64,000 nt of DNA from an uncultured Acidobacteriaceae bacterium. GTDB taxonomy: Bacteria; Acidobacteriota; Terriglobia; Bryobacterales; Bryobacteraceae. The stretch is taken from NCBI GenBank assembly GCA_963838245.1, contig CAWIQM010000003.1, positions 303,055 through 367,054 on the forward strand. Reading direction: 5' to 3'. Below the pieces are notes generated by a model that saw only the letters and a program-made list of their open reading frames with translations, had not been told where the DNA came from and searched no databases. Shown here piece after piece: positions 9,498 to 23,937 of this stretch. Every line of letters begins with the position of its first letter. Position 1 is the stretch's first letter. The position numbers were made by a program, and so were the translations under genes.

Positions 9498-10098
9498 CGT
9501 GCCTCCTTGCGATCAGGAATCCAAAAACAACATGCAGACCACCGAATCCGGCCATCAACCAGGCATCCTGCCACGCAGGCGGCGCAAAAAACGACAGTGC
9601 GCCAAACAGCATGAAGCACAAACCCATCACCGGGACTATGCGGACTGAAAACGCACCCCCCGTGACCACGGCCACGCCATATAGCATTAACCAGAGACCC
9701 GGAATCACCGACAGTTGCTGGATTTGAAACAGCACCACGGTCAAGATGGCGCCGGCCAGTAGCGGTGGAACGAAGCTCAACAGGGCCCGCCGGGCAGGCC
9801 TGGATTTCAGCGGCATCGCGACCCGCTTGGATTTCCAGCGGAGAAACACCACGCCCATCAGTAAGGCCAAAATCGCCTCGATCAGCCATACCGAGAATTG
9901 CTGCGAGAGGGAGTGGCCCATGGCAATCAAACCGGCGACCAAGGCACTGGCGCCAATCACCACGCCGCCCCAACCCGGAACAGCCGTAAAGGACGCGGCG
10001 TTCTCCATGGTGTCGCGGATGAAGCGCAGATTATCGGCAGCGCGCCTGTCGATTGGGACAGGCTCGCGAACAACCCGGGCCGGGTGCGCGGAGGCCAT
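9490..10098 (-). CDS. multi-pass membrane protein, hypothetical
   Basis: 202 aa, 4-5 hydrophobic helices; overlaps downstream regulator by 8 nt (operon). Confidence 0.5.
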   Translation of the reverse strand: MASAHPARVVREPVPIDRRAADNLRFIRDTMENAASFTAVPGWGGVVIGASALVAGLIAMGHSLSQQFSVWLIEAILALLMGVVFLRWKSKRVAMPLKSRPARRALLSFVPPLLAGAILTVVLFQIQQLSVIPGLWLMLYGVAVVTGGAFSVRIVPVMGLCFMLFGALSFFAPPAWQDAWLMAGFGGLHVVFGFLIARRHGG

Positions 10099-10168
10099 GG
10101 ATAAAGTATAGGCCCGCTACTTTGCGTTGTAAAGCCGAATTTTGGGGTCGGTGGAGATCAACCAGAAG

Positions 10169-12593
10169 CTAGAAACTCAGCCGTATTCCGCCCACCGCCC
10201 AAAGCCGCGGGGTCGTAAAGCCCTCCTCGTAGTAAATCTGGTCAAGGACATTCGCCACGCGCACATAAAAGCGCGCGCTCATGCGCTCGGACAGCGGCAG
10301 AGTGTATCCCCCAGAAAGATTAAGCGAATGAGGGCCGCCAAAACGATAGGCCAGCCCGTAAATCGGGAACAGGTAGGAATCACCTCCGGAGAAGTCGAGC
10401 GTCGCATCCACGCGCTTTCCAAATTGCTGAGTGGCGAGGAATGTGAAGGCATTCGGGATGATCCCCGGAATCTGCACAGGATTAATGGCAACACCAGTCG
10501 AGAATTCGGAGACCCGATCCATGGCGTTGGTGTAGGTATATGACGCGAAGAGTGTTGTCTGGCGGGCCGGCTTGAATTCGCCGCTCAGTTCCACACCACG
10601 AGCAATGCCGCCTCCGGTATTGAAGTAGCCGCCATAGCGGCCATAAAGATCCGTGGCGGGCGTGATTACCACCCCATCGTCGAAGCCGATCCTCTGCTGG
10701 AAGCTGGTATAAAAATACGTCGCGCTGACCCGAAGACGCTGCTGAAGGAAATACTGGTCGATACCCGCATCGATCGAGAAGGAGCGTTCTGGGCTTAGGC
10801 GCGGATCTCCGAGGGGCGTGAAGGCGCCTCCGTAAAAATAGGTGCCGAATCGCTCGTAAAGGGAGGGCATTCGAAAGCTGTTGCCTGCATGTGCCCGCAG
10901 CTTCGTAGCGGTCGACTTCAGGTAATACGACACCGAAGCATCGCCGGTTAAAGCATGCGGCGGCGAAGGGATAGCGATTCCTGCATAGGGTGAGTCGCCG
11001 CCCGCAAATGTTGGGGTATTCAGGCTGACTGCTTGATAGCGGCCGGAGAACAGAATCTGCAGCCGGTCGTCCAGCAGCCGGATCTGGTCCTGGGCAAATA
11101 ACGCGTTGTACTGCTGGGAGTCGGTCGTGGCGTTGTAGAGGCGCTGGGTAGGATCGGAAACCTGGTTGAAAGCGGCATTGTAGTAGTGCTCCCGTTCGTA
11201 TTCGTAACCGGCCGTGATGGCTTGCGCATGTCCGGCGAGATAATCGACCCGGGCTTGCACGGTACTCACTCGACCCAGGTAGTCATCAGTAGTATTGACG
11301 GCGGGTTGATAGCCCGTGCCGCCGGGGCCATCGAGATAGTCGCGCGTGCTGTTCAAGAACTGATAATCGACGTGGAAAGTCAGCCGCGAAGTGGGCTGGT
11401 ACTCCCAACGAAACAGCTGTGTCCCAAAGTAGGAATTCAAACGCGAATCAGGGTCGTTCAGTGAGGGTATGAACGTGGCATCGCCCGGATCAAAGGGCAG
11501 CCCGTCATTCGCGAGGCGTAATTGAGCTTGCGAGGGCGCGATGGCGGGAATAATGCCGTCTGGCGGGGGTGACGACATTCGCGGCCGGATACGGGATGCT
11601 TTGGATCTGTAGATAGCCCGTGTTGTCGAACGTGCGGAAACTGATACGCATCTTCGGCGTAATGGAGTAGGCCAACATGCCCTGTCCTGACCAGTTGCGA
11701 GTCGCTCCGCCACCATAAACTCCTTCCGTAACGTTAAGATTCACTAAACCGGCTGAATAGGAGAGCTTGTCATTCAATAGGCCGCCCGCGAGCCGGGCAG
11801 CTCCGCGAAACAGCCCGAGTCCGCCGCCCTCGACATCTAGATTGCCGTGAGTGTCGCCGCCGCCGCTATCGGTGATGATATTGACGGTACCGCTGGTTGA
11901 GTTTGTCCCATAAATGGACGAGCCGGAGCCGCGGAGAACCTCGATCCGCGATGAATCGACTAGCAGAAGGTCGCCGATAAAAGCGCTCGCATCGCCCTCG
12001 ACACCGGTCGCGTCGCGCAGCCGGAATCCGTCCACCAGCACCGCGGTGTCGGACGCCTGCCCACCTTGGGTCTGAATGGTTGTAAATGCGCCAGGACCCC
12101 CGCGTGTGCTGATACGCAGACCCGGCACAAGCCGGATGGCATCCGCCACATAGTTTGTTCCTTGCCGCTCGGCCGCGTTTACGTCCACGACATCCAGCGC
12201 TTTCGAGGTCTGATCCACGGATTGCGGGCTGTTGGAGGCCGTCACGTTGATCACCGCGGGAATCGTGACGATCGAGAGCTCCAACTTCAGTTGTTTGCTT
12301 TCACCAGCGTTCAGTGTGAGCGATAGAGGCTCCCGAAGCGCCAAGCCGGAGGCTGACGCTTCCAGCAGGTATTCTCCCGGCGCGAGGAAAGGAAAGCTAA
12401 AGCGGCCATCGGCCTCCACCTGGGCTGACTGCGCAACGGTATTAGAACGTGAATAGAGTTTCACGACACCCGTTGGCACAATTGCACCAGATGAATCGTT
12501 GACGACGCCGCTGATGGATGCTGCTTCGGCGGCGTTGAGATGCACTGCAGGCAGCGCGATTAGCGCGAAAACGAATGAACGAAGATATTTCAA
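10169..12593 (-). CDS. TonB-dependent receptor (BtuB-like, N-terminal carboxypeptidase-regulatory-like domain); interrupted by a frameshift near 11575
   Basis: Two overlapping ORFs in different frames. ORF 11505..12593 has a TTG start with GGAGGG RBS, signal peptide, CarbopepD_reg-like domain and plug domain. ORF 10169..11716 is the beta-barrel ending GGIRLSF with terminal Phe. Frames switch within a GGGGG/CCCCC run at ~11575-11580. Confidence 0.8.
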
Positions 12594-12639
12594 CTGTCGA
12601 CCCTCCCTCGAGGCGGCATAGAATTCGCACGTATGCGTG

Positions 12640-12850
12640 CGAACTGTGGGCAGGTCTTCGGACTTACAGGCGGGCGAACGGAGAGAGCAAGATAACCTTA
12701 CGGTCCGTCGCTGGTCTACCGGCCCGGCTTCCCATGCGTTTCGCGAGCGAAGAACGCACAGTGCTCGAGGTTGGGCTTTCGTTCCTGCTTACCGCTGCGG
12801 GGCAGTCCTGGATTCTCGCCAGGTTCCCTTTTCAACGCCAAACTCCCAAG
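12640..12850 (-). promoter_or_regulatory. putative cobalamin (AdoCbl) riboswitch in the leader of the TonB-dependent receptor
   Basis: Minus-strand RNA contains GAAAAGGGAACCUGGCGAGAAUCCAGGACUGCCCCGCAGCGGUAAGC, matching the conserved GGGAA..GGUG..AAUCC..CCCGC..GUAA core. It also contains a B12 box AAGUCCGAAGACCUGCC (12649-12665) fitting rAGYCMGgAgaCCkGCC at every conserved position. Downstream, hairpin CGCACGCAUACGUGCG and CCUCGAGG overlap the GGAGGG SD. Confidence 0.65.
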
Positions 12851-12938
12851 CAGGGAATCCAACGTACCTACAGCATTCCCAGAATACCGAACTGAAAACC
12901 GAGCTAAGCACTTTCAGATGAACCAAACGTCAGCACTG

Positions 12939-14852
12939 TCAGAGAACCACGCGTCTGTCACCTTCCCGCCGCGTGATCCGCTCCCGGTCGAGGTACTCCA
13001 GCAAGGGTATGGCAAACTTCCTGGAGACCTGGGTCCAGTCTTTGAACTCCGGCACGGAGAACTGACGGCCGCGCTGCTGCGCCAGCGAATCGCGCAGATG
13101 CGTGAGCACGTCGCTGTGAAAGATGAACTCTCCCGAGACACGTACCAGACGGTTACTCTTGAACAGGAAATCAACCAGAGGCCGCGCTTTCTTCACATCG
13201 AGCGAAAAATTAGCCAGCACGTCAGCCAACTCCGGCGGCTGAAAGCCTGCTGACCGATAGGCGGCTGCTATGCCTTCGATCGCCTCCATTTCCAGCGCGC
13301 TGAAAGATGCGGAGTGAGATGCTAAAGCCACAGCGTCGACTTGCACGATCACACCAGGAGTGCGTCAGAGCAGCGAATCTGCCAGCGATGCCTCGAGGCC
13401 TGTGAATACGGCTTGGCGGAGGGTCCGCAGGGGTGCGCCGTTCGCGGAAGGACTGTCTTTGTGGAACTGTCCCAGCCACTTAATCGTCAGTTCCTGTTTC
13501 CTGCTAATCCATTCATGTGCGATGACTCGCTGCTCCCGTTCAGCGAGAAACAAGGAAGAATCGTTTCGAATGTGCTCCCGTAATTGGGCTTCTGGAATGC
13601 CTGTCACCTTAATCAGGCTCGCGAGGCTGCGTCCTTGCTCCGTTTCACCAACCAGCACGCGGATGCGCTCAGCCGCATCGGCGCCCACTAGCCGGCGCAG
13701 GCGTTCCAGCGTTCGGTCACGACGCAGCCGCAAGGGCGGGAATGGATCGATCACGCTTCCTCCCGCGATGGTTATCGATGGCGACGCTTGTCGAATGATG
13801 AAACGGTCTCCCGGGAGCAAAAGCATCGGCTGGCGGAATGCCAGGCGCGCCAGGAACGGACGATCGGCGTTTAGGGAAAGGAGTTTCAATCCCGCTGCGG
13901 CCTCCGCTGTGCCGGAATACACCCGAACAACAACCCGGCGTCCGGCAAAAGCTGCCGGATCTATGTCGGCTATGCCGGCCCAATCAATCGCCGCGTCGGC
14001 GCGAAGAGTGGTTTCAAAGACACCGCCGGCGGCTAGGACGAAGCCACGTTGGATGTCGATGGCTTCAATCCCGGCGAGGTTCACTGCGACGCGCTGGCCC
14101 GCGACCGCCAAAGGAACAGATTTTCCGTGAACCTGAATCCCACGGATGCGCAACACGCGTCGCGCCGGATAGAGCTCTACAGAATCGCCACTAGCGAGAC
14201 GGCCGCTCAGCAGAGTGCCGGTGACAACCGTGCCAAAGCCTCGAACGGCGAAAACCCGATCGATGGGCAATCGGGCAAAACCGCCGGCGAAACGGGCGAC
14301 CGAACGCGAAGCCAGCTTCTCCAGTTCTGACCGGAGTTCGCTCAGACCGCTCCCCGTGCGGGAGCTCACAACCATAATCGGTGCACCCTCCAGAAATGAA
14401 CCCTGCACCAATTTGCGTATGTCAGTGGCTGTCTGGTCTATCTGCTCAGCAGCTGCCAGATCAGCCTTTGTGACGGCAACCAAGCCCGACTGCACTCCCA
14501 GGAGCCGGCAGATTTCAAAATGCTCCACAGTTTGAGGTTTCACGGACTCGTCGGCGGCGACCACCAGTAATACGGCATCGATACCGCCAACGCCCGCTAG
14601 CATGTTCTTGATAAATCGCTCGTGCCCGGGAACGTCAATGAAACTGGCTGCAGCACCACCCGCCAAAGGCATATGGGCAAAACCGAGATCGATCGAAATG
14701 CCGCGTCTCTTTTCTTCGGCGAGCCGGTCGGTATCAATGCCCGTCAGCGCACGGACCAGCGATGTCTTACCGTGATCAATGTGCCCGGCGGCGCCAATAA
14801 CAATATTGGCCGTGCTGGTAAGACGTTCCGACATACGCTGGCTATGCTTCAT
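12939..14852 (-). CDS. selB: selenocysteine-specific elongation factor SelB, interrupted by an in-frame TGA at 13365-13367
   Basis: N-terminal ORF (13365..14918; likely start MKHSQR at 14852 or MSERL at 14834) has [44 protein letters not shown] and EF-Tu-like domains. Same-frame ORF 12939..13352 encodes the C-terminal winged-helix domains. The two are separated by TGA then 4 codons. Confidence 0.8.
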
Positions 14853-14980
14853 TATCGCGATGTTCGCCGCAGGGCCGACTTTCGGCGCCAACCGCCGCGC
14901 ACAAGCCACCCCAGCCAAGTTTTCGCGTCAGTTGCGCGCACGCAGCGGATATTATGTGAACACTGAGTAGGTTCACCTAC

Positions 14981-16528
<1,548 letters not shown>

Positions 16529-16547
16529 ACCTGCGAGCCGCTGAGAA

Positions 16548-18359
<1,812 letters not shown>

Positions 18360-18475
18360 GCGGTAAACTAAGGGCTGAATCTGAATTATCCCATAGCGAC
18401 ACCCTCATCGCCCTTAAATATAAGAAGAAACAGTGATTTAGCGCGGTAGTCGCGGTCACTGGACCCGTTGAGTTC

Positions 18476-18949
18476 ATGCCCTATCAGACATTTCAAGGAT
18501 CGCTGGATGCGGCTGGTCTGCGAATCGGCGTGCTGGTGAGCCGCTTCAACGAGTACATCACGGAGGCCCTCTCCCGAGGTGCGCTAGACGTGCTCGAACA
18601 ACATGGCTGTCCTCACGAAAATGTCATTTTCGTAAAGGTTCCGGGCGCTTGGGAATTGCCCATGGCCGCGCTGGAACTGGCCCCGCATTGTGACGCCATC
18701 GTGGCGCTGGGAGCGGTGATTCGTGGCGATACCCCGCACTTTGATTTCGTGGCAAACGCCGCCGCCGAAGGCCTGCGCCGTGTAGCGCTCGACACAGGTG
18801 TCCCTATTTCGTTTGGTGTGTTGACCACCGACGATATGCAGCAGGCGATGGACCGGGCCGGCGGCAAGAGCGGTAACAAGGGCGTAGAAGCAGCCGAAGC
18901 GGCGATTGAGATGGCCAACCTGTTCAAACATCTCAAGGGACGGACTTAG
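18476..18949 (+). CDS. ribH: 6,7-dimethyl-8-ribityllumazine synthase
   Basis: 157 aa, RIGVLVSRFNEYITEAL…. Confidence 0.85.
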   Translation: MPYQTFQGSLDAAGLRIGVLVSRFNEYITEALSRGALDVLEQHGCPHENVIFVKVPGAWELPMAALELAPHCDAIVALGAVIRGDTPHFDFVANAAAEGLRRVALDTGVPISFGVLTTDDMQQAMDRAGGKSGNKGVEAAEAAIEMANLFKHLKGRT

Positions 18950-18954
18950 CTTCT

Positions 18955-19386
18955 ATGGCCGCGGCACGTCACCGGTCACGAAAGCGCGCTCTGCAGGTGC
19001 TTTTTGAGTGGGACATGCGACGCGATTCCGTCGACAGCGCGATCAGCCACTACTACGACACGCTGTATTCCGAAGAGAGTGAGACTAAGCCCAAGATCGA
19101 TCGCTTCATGGAAGAATTGTCGCGCGGCACGGTTCAGCAATCCGCGGAAATCGACAAAGTCATTGAAGAGAAAGCGCAGAACTGGCGGCTGGAGCGCATG
19201 GCGGTGGTTGACCGGAACATCCTCCGGTTGGCCATTTTCGAGATCCGGCAGAATGCCGTTCCACCTGCCGTGATTATCGACGAAGCCATCGAGCTGGCGC
19301 GGCAATTCTCCAACGACGAATCGATCCCCTTCATCAACGGGGTGCTGGATGCCGTTCGACGGCAGACAGTGGCCGCCCCCGAATAG
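18955..19386 (+). CDS. nusB: transcription antitermination factor NusB
   Basis: 143 aa, ARxxALQVLFEWD… classic ribH-nusB pair. Confidence 0.85.
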   Translation: MAAARHRSRKRALQVLFEWDMRRDSVDSAISHYYDTLYSEESETKPKIDRFMEELSRGTVQQSAEIDKVIEEKAQNWRLERMAVVDRNILRLAIFEIRQNAVPPAVIIDEAIELARQFSNDESIPFINGVLDAVRRQTVAAPE

Positions 19387-19523
19387 GGCAGTCTTGGTGG
19401 AGGAATGGCTGGCCCGGTGTCGCGCCGTTCGCCGGGCCGAGATCCAGTAACCGGAAGTGGATTGGCAGGGCTTTCTTCGGGTCGCAGCGTTGACGACGCG
19501 CGCCCGGCCCTAGCAGCTACGGT

Positions 19524-20693
19524 CTAGGTATGGCTGGCGTTGTTCGGCACCGCCAGGTAGGCGTGAACGTTACCACCGTTGTCGAACGCGAAGCCGATGA
19601 TCTCACCCGAGCCATTGATGGAACATGCGGTGGCGAGATGCAACGGAGAACCGGCGGGGACGAGTGTGTTCAGGTCGATCAGCTCCTCGTGATGCCTCAG
19701 AAACGCTCGCGGGTTGAAATTGGCGTCTAGCGACACGCCCACGATATGGCCGAGGTCGTTAATGCCGAGGGCGGCGCTGTCCACGTCCCCCGGAAGCGTC
19801 CCGAGATCTCGCATGCCTGCCTCGTGCGTCCACAGAAAAGCATGAAAGGTGGCGTCCCCCTCCAAGTCTGAACTACCGATCACTTGGTCATGGTCATTCA
19901 GGTCGATTGCCGTGATTCCGTCTCCGTGCCCTGTCCCTCCGAGACTGCCGAGGTCGATGGTTTCGCCATCTTTCCAAAGCAGGGCGTGCAGAGGCTGGAG
20001 ATTGGTCTGCCAAACGGGGTTAAAGGCGCCGCATACGCCGGATCCACCAGCAGCGTGGCCCGAATCGTTGATGGCATGAGCGTTGCCGTCCGGGTCGCCA
20101 GGATACGTGGCGAGTTCCCGGATATCTCCGTTACGCCAGACCACGGGCTTGAACTCGAGTTTCTGCGGACCGCCGGATGGGCACGTCGAGTCGAGCGTGT
20201 CGTTCTCTGCCATCCCGGCCGCTTCACTGTGGTCGTTGATCTGGTTGGCTTGGCCGTTGTTGCCTCCCAGCGTCGGAAGCGGCTTCATGACGCCGTTTTG
20301 CCACACAAATGGAAGACAGGTGGTGCCGGAAGATGCCGAGCCAAGTGCCGCGAAACCGCAAAAGTCCTCCCCTTGTGGGTCCGGACTGTCGGTTTGGGCC
20401 TCGCCCACGGCTTGTCCCCATGCGTTCACGCCATACGCCTGGCTGTTTGGGCCTTTGAGTCCGGGTTGACCAAGATCCACCTCCCGGCTCTTATACCGAA
20501 GCCAGGCATGAATGATGTCGCCAACTTGCGTCGCACCGGCGACTCGGCCGTTGTTGGTGATGGCGAACGGCTGCCCGTTCGGACCCACCACGCCGAGATC
20601 GATGACTTGATAAGTTGGCGGCTGGGCCAGGACAACCGCGGCGATCAGGTGTCCGCCTACGATGGTTTTCCAAAGTGTTTGTTTGAGTGTCAT
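19524..20693 (-). CDS. secreted HAF-repeat family protein (paralog of 5797..7023)
   Basis: ORF 19524..20819; start at 20693 (MTLKQTLWKTIVGGHLIAAVVLAQ signal peptide, GGAG 8 nt upstream). Repeats such as DLGTLPGDVDSAALGINDLGHIVG match the HAF pattern. Confidence 0.7.
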   Translation of the reverse strand: MTLKQTLWKTIVGGHLIAAVVLAQPPTYQVIDLGVVGPNGQPFAITNNGRVAGATQVGDIIHAWLRYKSREVDLGQPGLKGPNSQAYGVNAWGQAVGEAQTDSPDPQGEDFCGFAALGSASSGTTCLPFVWQNGVMKPLPTLGGNNGQANQINDHSEAAGMAENDTLDSTCPSGGPQKLEFKPVVWRNGDIRELATYPGDPDGNAHAINDSGHAAGGSGVCGAFNPVWQTNLQPLHALLWKDGETIDLGSLGGTGHGDGITAIDLNDHDQVIGSSDLEGDATFHAFLWTHEAGMRDLGTLPGDVDSAALGINDLGHIVGVSLDANFNPRAFLRHHEELIDLNTLVPAGSPLHLATACSINGSGEIIGFAFDNGGNVHAYLAVPNNASHT

Positions 20694-20783
20694 GTGTTGC
20701 TCCTTCATCAGGCGATAAGGGAAACGCCCATGCGAAGTTACGCACAATCGCGGGCTTGATGTATTATTGGGAACCGCCGGATT

Positions 20784-23700
20784 ATGACGCTCTGTCCTCA
20801 GTGCGGTTCCGAATTGCAAGGCGGAGACCCCGCTGGCATGTGCCCGAAATGTCTGATCCAGGGCGCTTTCGAAAGTTCAGTTGGCTCGGATGAGTTCACG
20901 ACGCAGACTATTGACGCCGCGATAGCAACCGGTGATGACGAGTTCGGCCGCTATCAAATCCTTCGACCTTTGGGCGAAGGGGGCATGGGCACGGTGTACC
21001 TGGCCCAGCAGCGCGAACCCATTCGCCGCTGTGTCGCCCTCAAGGTAATAAAACTCGGCATGGACACGGGCCAGGTACTGGCTCGCTTCGCCAACGAGCG
21101 CCAAGCGCTGGCGATGATGGACCACCCGAATATCGCACGGATCTTCGACGCCGGCGCCACGGCCAGGGGCCGGCCTTACTTCGTCATGGAGTACATCGAA
21201 GGCGTACCCATAACGCAGTACTGCGACCACAATCGGATCGCAATCGGCCAACGATTGGAGCTTTTTCTCGCCGTCTGCCGCGCGGTTCAGCACGCTCACC
21301 AGAAAGGCGTGATTCACCGCGACCTGAAGCCGTCGAATGTTCTCGTGATGGAGCAGGAGGGCGCCCCGGTTCCGAAAGTGATCGATTTCGGCATCGCCAA
21401 GGCTACCGATCAGCGGGCCGTTGAGACTACTCTGCTAACGCAATTCGGCCAGATGGTGGGCACACCCGAGTACGCCAGTCCTGAGCAGGCCGAGGTCACG
21501 ACCGGAGATGTGGATGAGAGCTCCGATGTGTATTCGCTTGGGGTACTGCTGTACGAGTTGCTGATCGGCACTGTTCCTTTCGACGCGGCCAGAATGCGGC
21601 AGCTAGGTCTAGCCGAGATGCTCCGAATCATCCGCGAAGAGGAGCCTCCGCCGCTTTCGCGAAAGCTGACGACAATGGGCACGGCAGCGGCCGATATTGC
21701 CGCGCGCCGCCAGACGGACCTGGCCTCTCTGCGTCGCCTCGTGGATGGTGACCTGAACAGGATTGCGATGAAGGCTCTGGAAAAAGTGCGGGAACGGCGA
21801 TACCCTTCGGTCGCTGAGTTGGCAGCCGACATCCAGAGATACATTGAGCATCGGCCGGTGCTCGCATCTCCGCCGGGCGGGCTATACCGGGCGCGCAAGT
21901 TTCTTCGCAGAAACAGGCCTGCCGTTCTCGGCGGAGCCGCTGGGCTCGCGTTGATCGCGTTGAGCGGAGTAACGGTTTGGTCGCTGACACACCGTAACCC
22001 ACGGCCCAAACCCCAGTCGACAGACAAACGCCCCATTGTTCTCGCCGATTTCGCAAATACCACGGGCGATCCGGCATTCGACGGTACACTTCGCCGCGTA
22101 ATGGCTGGGGAGCTTGAGAAATCCCCCTACCTCAGCGTGCTTTCCGATGCGCGCATGAGCGAGACACTGCGCCTGATGGTCCGGGCCCCGGACGCTAAGC
22201 TTACCCCGGATGTCGCGTCCGAAATCTGCGAGCGGACAGGGAGCGCCGCAGTCCTGGAGGGCTCGATCACAAGCCTAGGAAGCGAATACGTGATGAGCTT
22301 GCGCGCCAGGAATTGCCGAACTGGAGATGTTCTGGACGAAGAGCAGGCATCCGCGGCGAAGAAAGAGGAGGTGTTCAAGGACCTGGGCCAAATGGCGAAC
22401 CGGTTCGGGACCCGGGCAGGGGAATCGCTTCCGGACGTGGAAAAGGAGCCGAGTCTGCCGGCGGAGGCAACTACGCCCTCGCTCGAGGCCTGGAGGTCCT
22501 ACAGCGCTGCAATGAAGGCGGAACAGGTTAGGGGAGCACAGGCAGCGGAAGCCATCTCACTCCTGAAGCGGGCTATTGAGATCGACCCGAAATTTGCGAT
22601 GGCTTATGCCAACCTGGGCCGGGCATATGCCGCCCTCGGGGAGTCCGAACTTGGAGCGCAGAATATTGCCAAGGCCTACGCGCTACGGGATCGTGTCAGC
22701 GACTGGGAAAACTACTTCATCACTTTCAACTACCACCGGCAGGTAACAAGAAACCTGGAACTGGCGCGACAGACCCTTGAATCGTGGACGCAAAAGTACC
22801 CCCGGGATATCGACGCTCACGGATTTTTGGCGGCCTTCACGTCACAGGGCTCGGGTCATTACGAGAAGGCCGCGGAAGAAGGTCAAAAGGCGATCGAACT
22901 CGATCCGGATTACGCCATCGGCTACGGAAATGTCGCTCAGGCCTACGTCTACCTGAATCGCCTGCCGGAAGCCGAGGCAGTGCTTCGTAAGGCATCGGAA
23001 CGCAAGATCGAAGTCTCTCAGTTCTCGCTACTCCGGTACTTCATCGCTTTTCTCAGGAGCGACCCGGCGGCAATGGAAAGGGAAGTGACCTACCGTCAGG
23101 CAAAACTGGAAGCCCAAGGATCGTTCGAGCACCAGGAAGCTCTCACCTTCGCGTATCAGGGGCGCCTCAAAGAAGCGGCCCGGCTATCGGACCGCGCCGT
23201 GATCTTATCTCGCCAGGCAGTTTTGCGCGAGAGGGCCGCCCAGTTTGAAGGCGCCCATGCAGTGTGGAGCGCACTGTTCGGGATTCGGGACGAGGCACAA
23301 AGAAACGCGACGGCGGCGTTGTCGCTGTACCGAAGCCGGGATGCCGATTATGGCCCTGCCTTCGCGCTAGCGCTGCTCGACGACTCCGCGCAAGCTCGCA
23401 AGATCGAGGCGGACCTCGAAAAGCGCTATCCTGAGGACACATCTGTCCAGTTCAGTTACCTGCCCGCGCTAAGGGCGCTCGACGCGCTCAGCCAGGGTGA
23501 CGCCCAGAAAGCGCTGGAAATGACTCAACGGGCTATTCCATACGAACTTGCCGTTCCGGGTACAGCGTTCTGGGATGGTTCCTTCTTCGGAGCTCTCTAT
23601 CCGGTCTACGTACGCGGCCTGGCGTACTCCCGGATGGGCCGACACCACGAGGCAGCGGTTGAATTTCAAAAAATTCTCGATCATCCTGGAATCATCTTGA

Positions 23701-23873
23701 ACGATCCAATCGGGCCAATGGCGCGTCTCCAACTGGCCAGAGCGTTGTCCGCCTCCGGAGATCGCGCGAAATCAGCCGCCGTCTACAAGGATCTCCTCGC
23801 TCTCTGGAAGGATGCCGATCCCGATATTCCGGCCGTCCAACAAGCTAAGGCTGAGTCTGCCAAGCAATTATGA
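20784..23873 (+). CDS. Ser/Thr protein kinase with N-terminal zinc-ribbon, TM helix and extracytoplasmic TPR-repeat sensor region
   Basis: 1029 aa. CPQCGS…CPKC zinc ribbon. Hanks kinase motifs (VALKVIK, HRDLKPSNVL, DFGIA, GTPEYASPEQ). TM helix AVLGGAAGLALIALSGVTVW. C-terminal TPR-like repeats. Confidence 0.85.
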   Translation: MTLCPQCGSELQGGDPAGMCPKCLIQGAFESSVGSDEFTTQTIDAAIATGDDEFGRYQILRPLGEGGMGTVYLAQQREPIRRCVALKVIKLGMDTGQVLARFANERQALAMMDHPNIARIFDAGATARGRPYFVMEYIEGVPITQYCDHNRIAIGQRLELFLAVCRAVQHAHQKGVIHRDLKPSNVLVMEQEGAPVPKVIDFGIAKATDQRAVETTLLTQFGQMVGTPEYASPEQAEVTTGDVDESSDVYSLGVLLYELLIGTVPFDAARMRQLGLAEMLRIIREEEPPPLSRKLTTMGTAAADIAARRQTDLASLRRLVDGDLNRIAMKALEKVRERRYPSVAELAADIQRYIEHRPVLASPPGGLYRARKFLRRNRPAVLGGAAGLALIALSGVTVWSLTHRNPRPKPQSTDKRPIVLADFANTTGDPAFDGTLRRVMAGELEKSPYLSVLSDARMSETLRLMVRAPDAKLTPDVASEICERTGSAAVLEGSITSLGSEYVMSLRARNCRTGDVLDEEQASAAKKEEVFKDLGQMANRFGTRAGESLPDVEKEPSLPAEATTPSLEAWRSYSAAMKAEQVRGAQAAEAISLLKRAIEIDPKFAMAYANLGRAYAALGESELGAQNIAKAYALRDRVSDWENYFITFNYHRQVTRNLELARQTLESWTQKYPRDIDAHGFLAAFTSQGSGHYEKAAEEGQKAIELDPDYAIGYGNVAQAYVYLNRLPEAEAVLRKASERKIEVSQFSLLRYFIAFLRSDPAAMEREVTYRQAKLEAQGSFEHQEALTFAYQGRLKEAARLSDRAVILSRQAVLRERAAQFEGAHAVWSALFGIRDEAQRNATAALSLYRSRDADYGPAFALALLDDSAQARKIEADLEKRYPEDTSVQFSYLPALRALDALSQGDAQKALEMTQRAIPYELAVPGTAFWDGSFFGALYPVYVRGLAYSRMGRHHEAAVEFQKILDHPGIILNDPIGPMARLQLARALSASGDRAKSAAVYKDLLALWKDADPDIPAVQQAKAESAKQL

Positions 23874-23937
23874 TCCCAGTAACTTTGCGCTCCGGATTCC
23901 TTATCCTGTTTAGCGCAATGCCTGTGAGGATAAGACC

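Noticed and set aside
13360-14130. 256-aa plus-strand ORF (and others such as 13838..14194) inside selB
   Set aside because: Arg/Ser/Ala-rich antisense translation of the selB coding strand; no start context.
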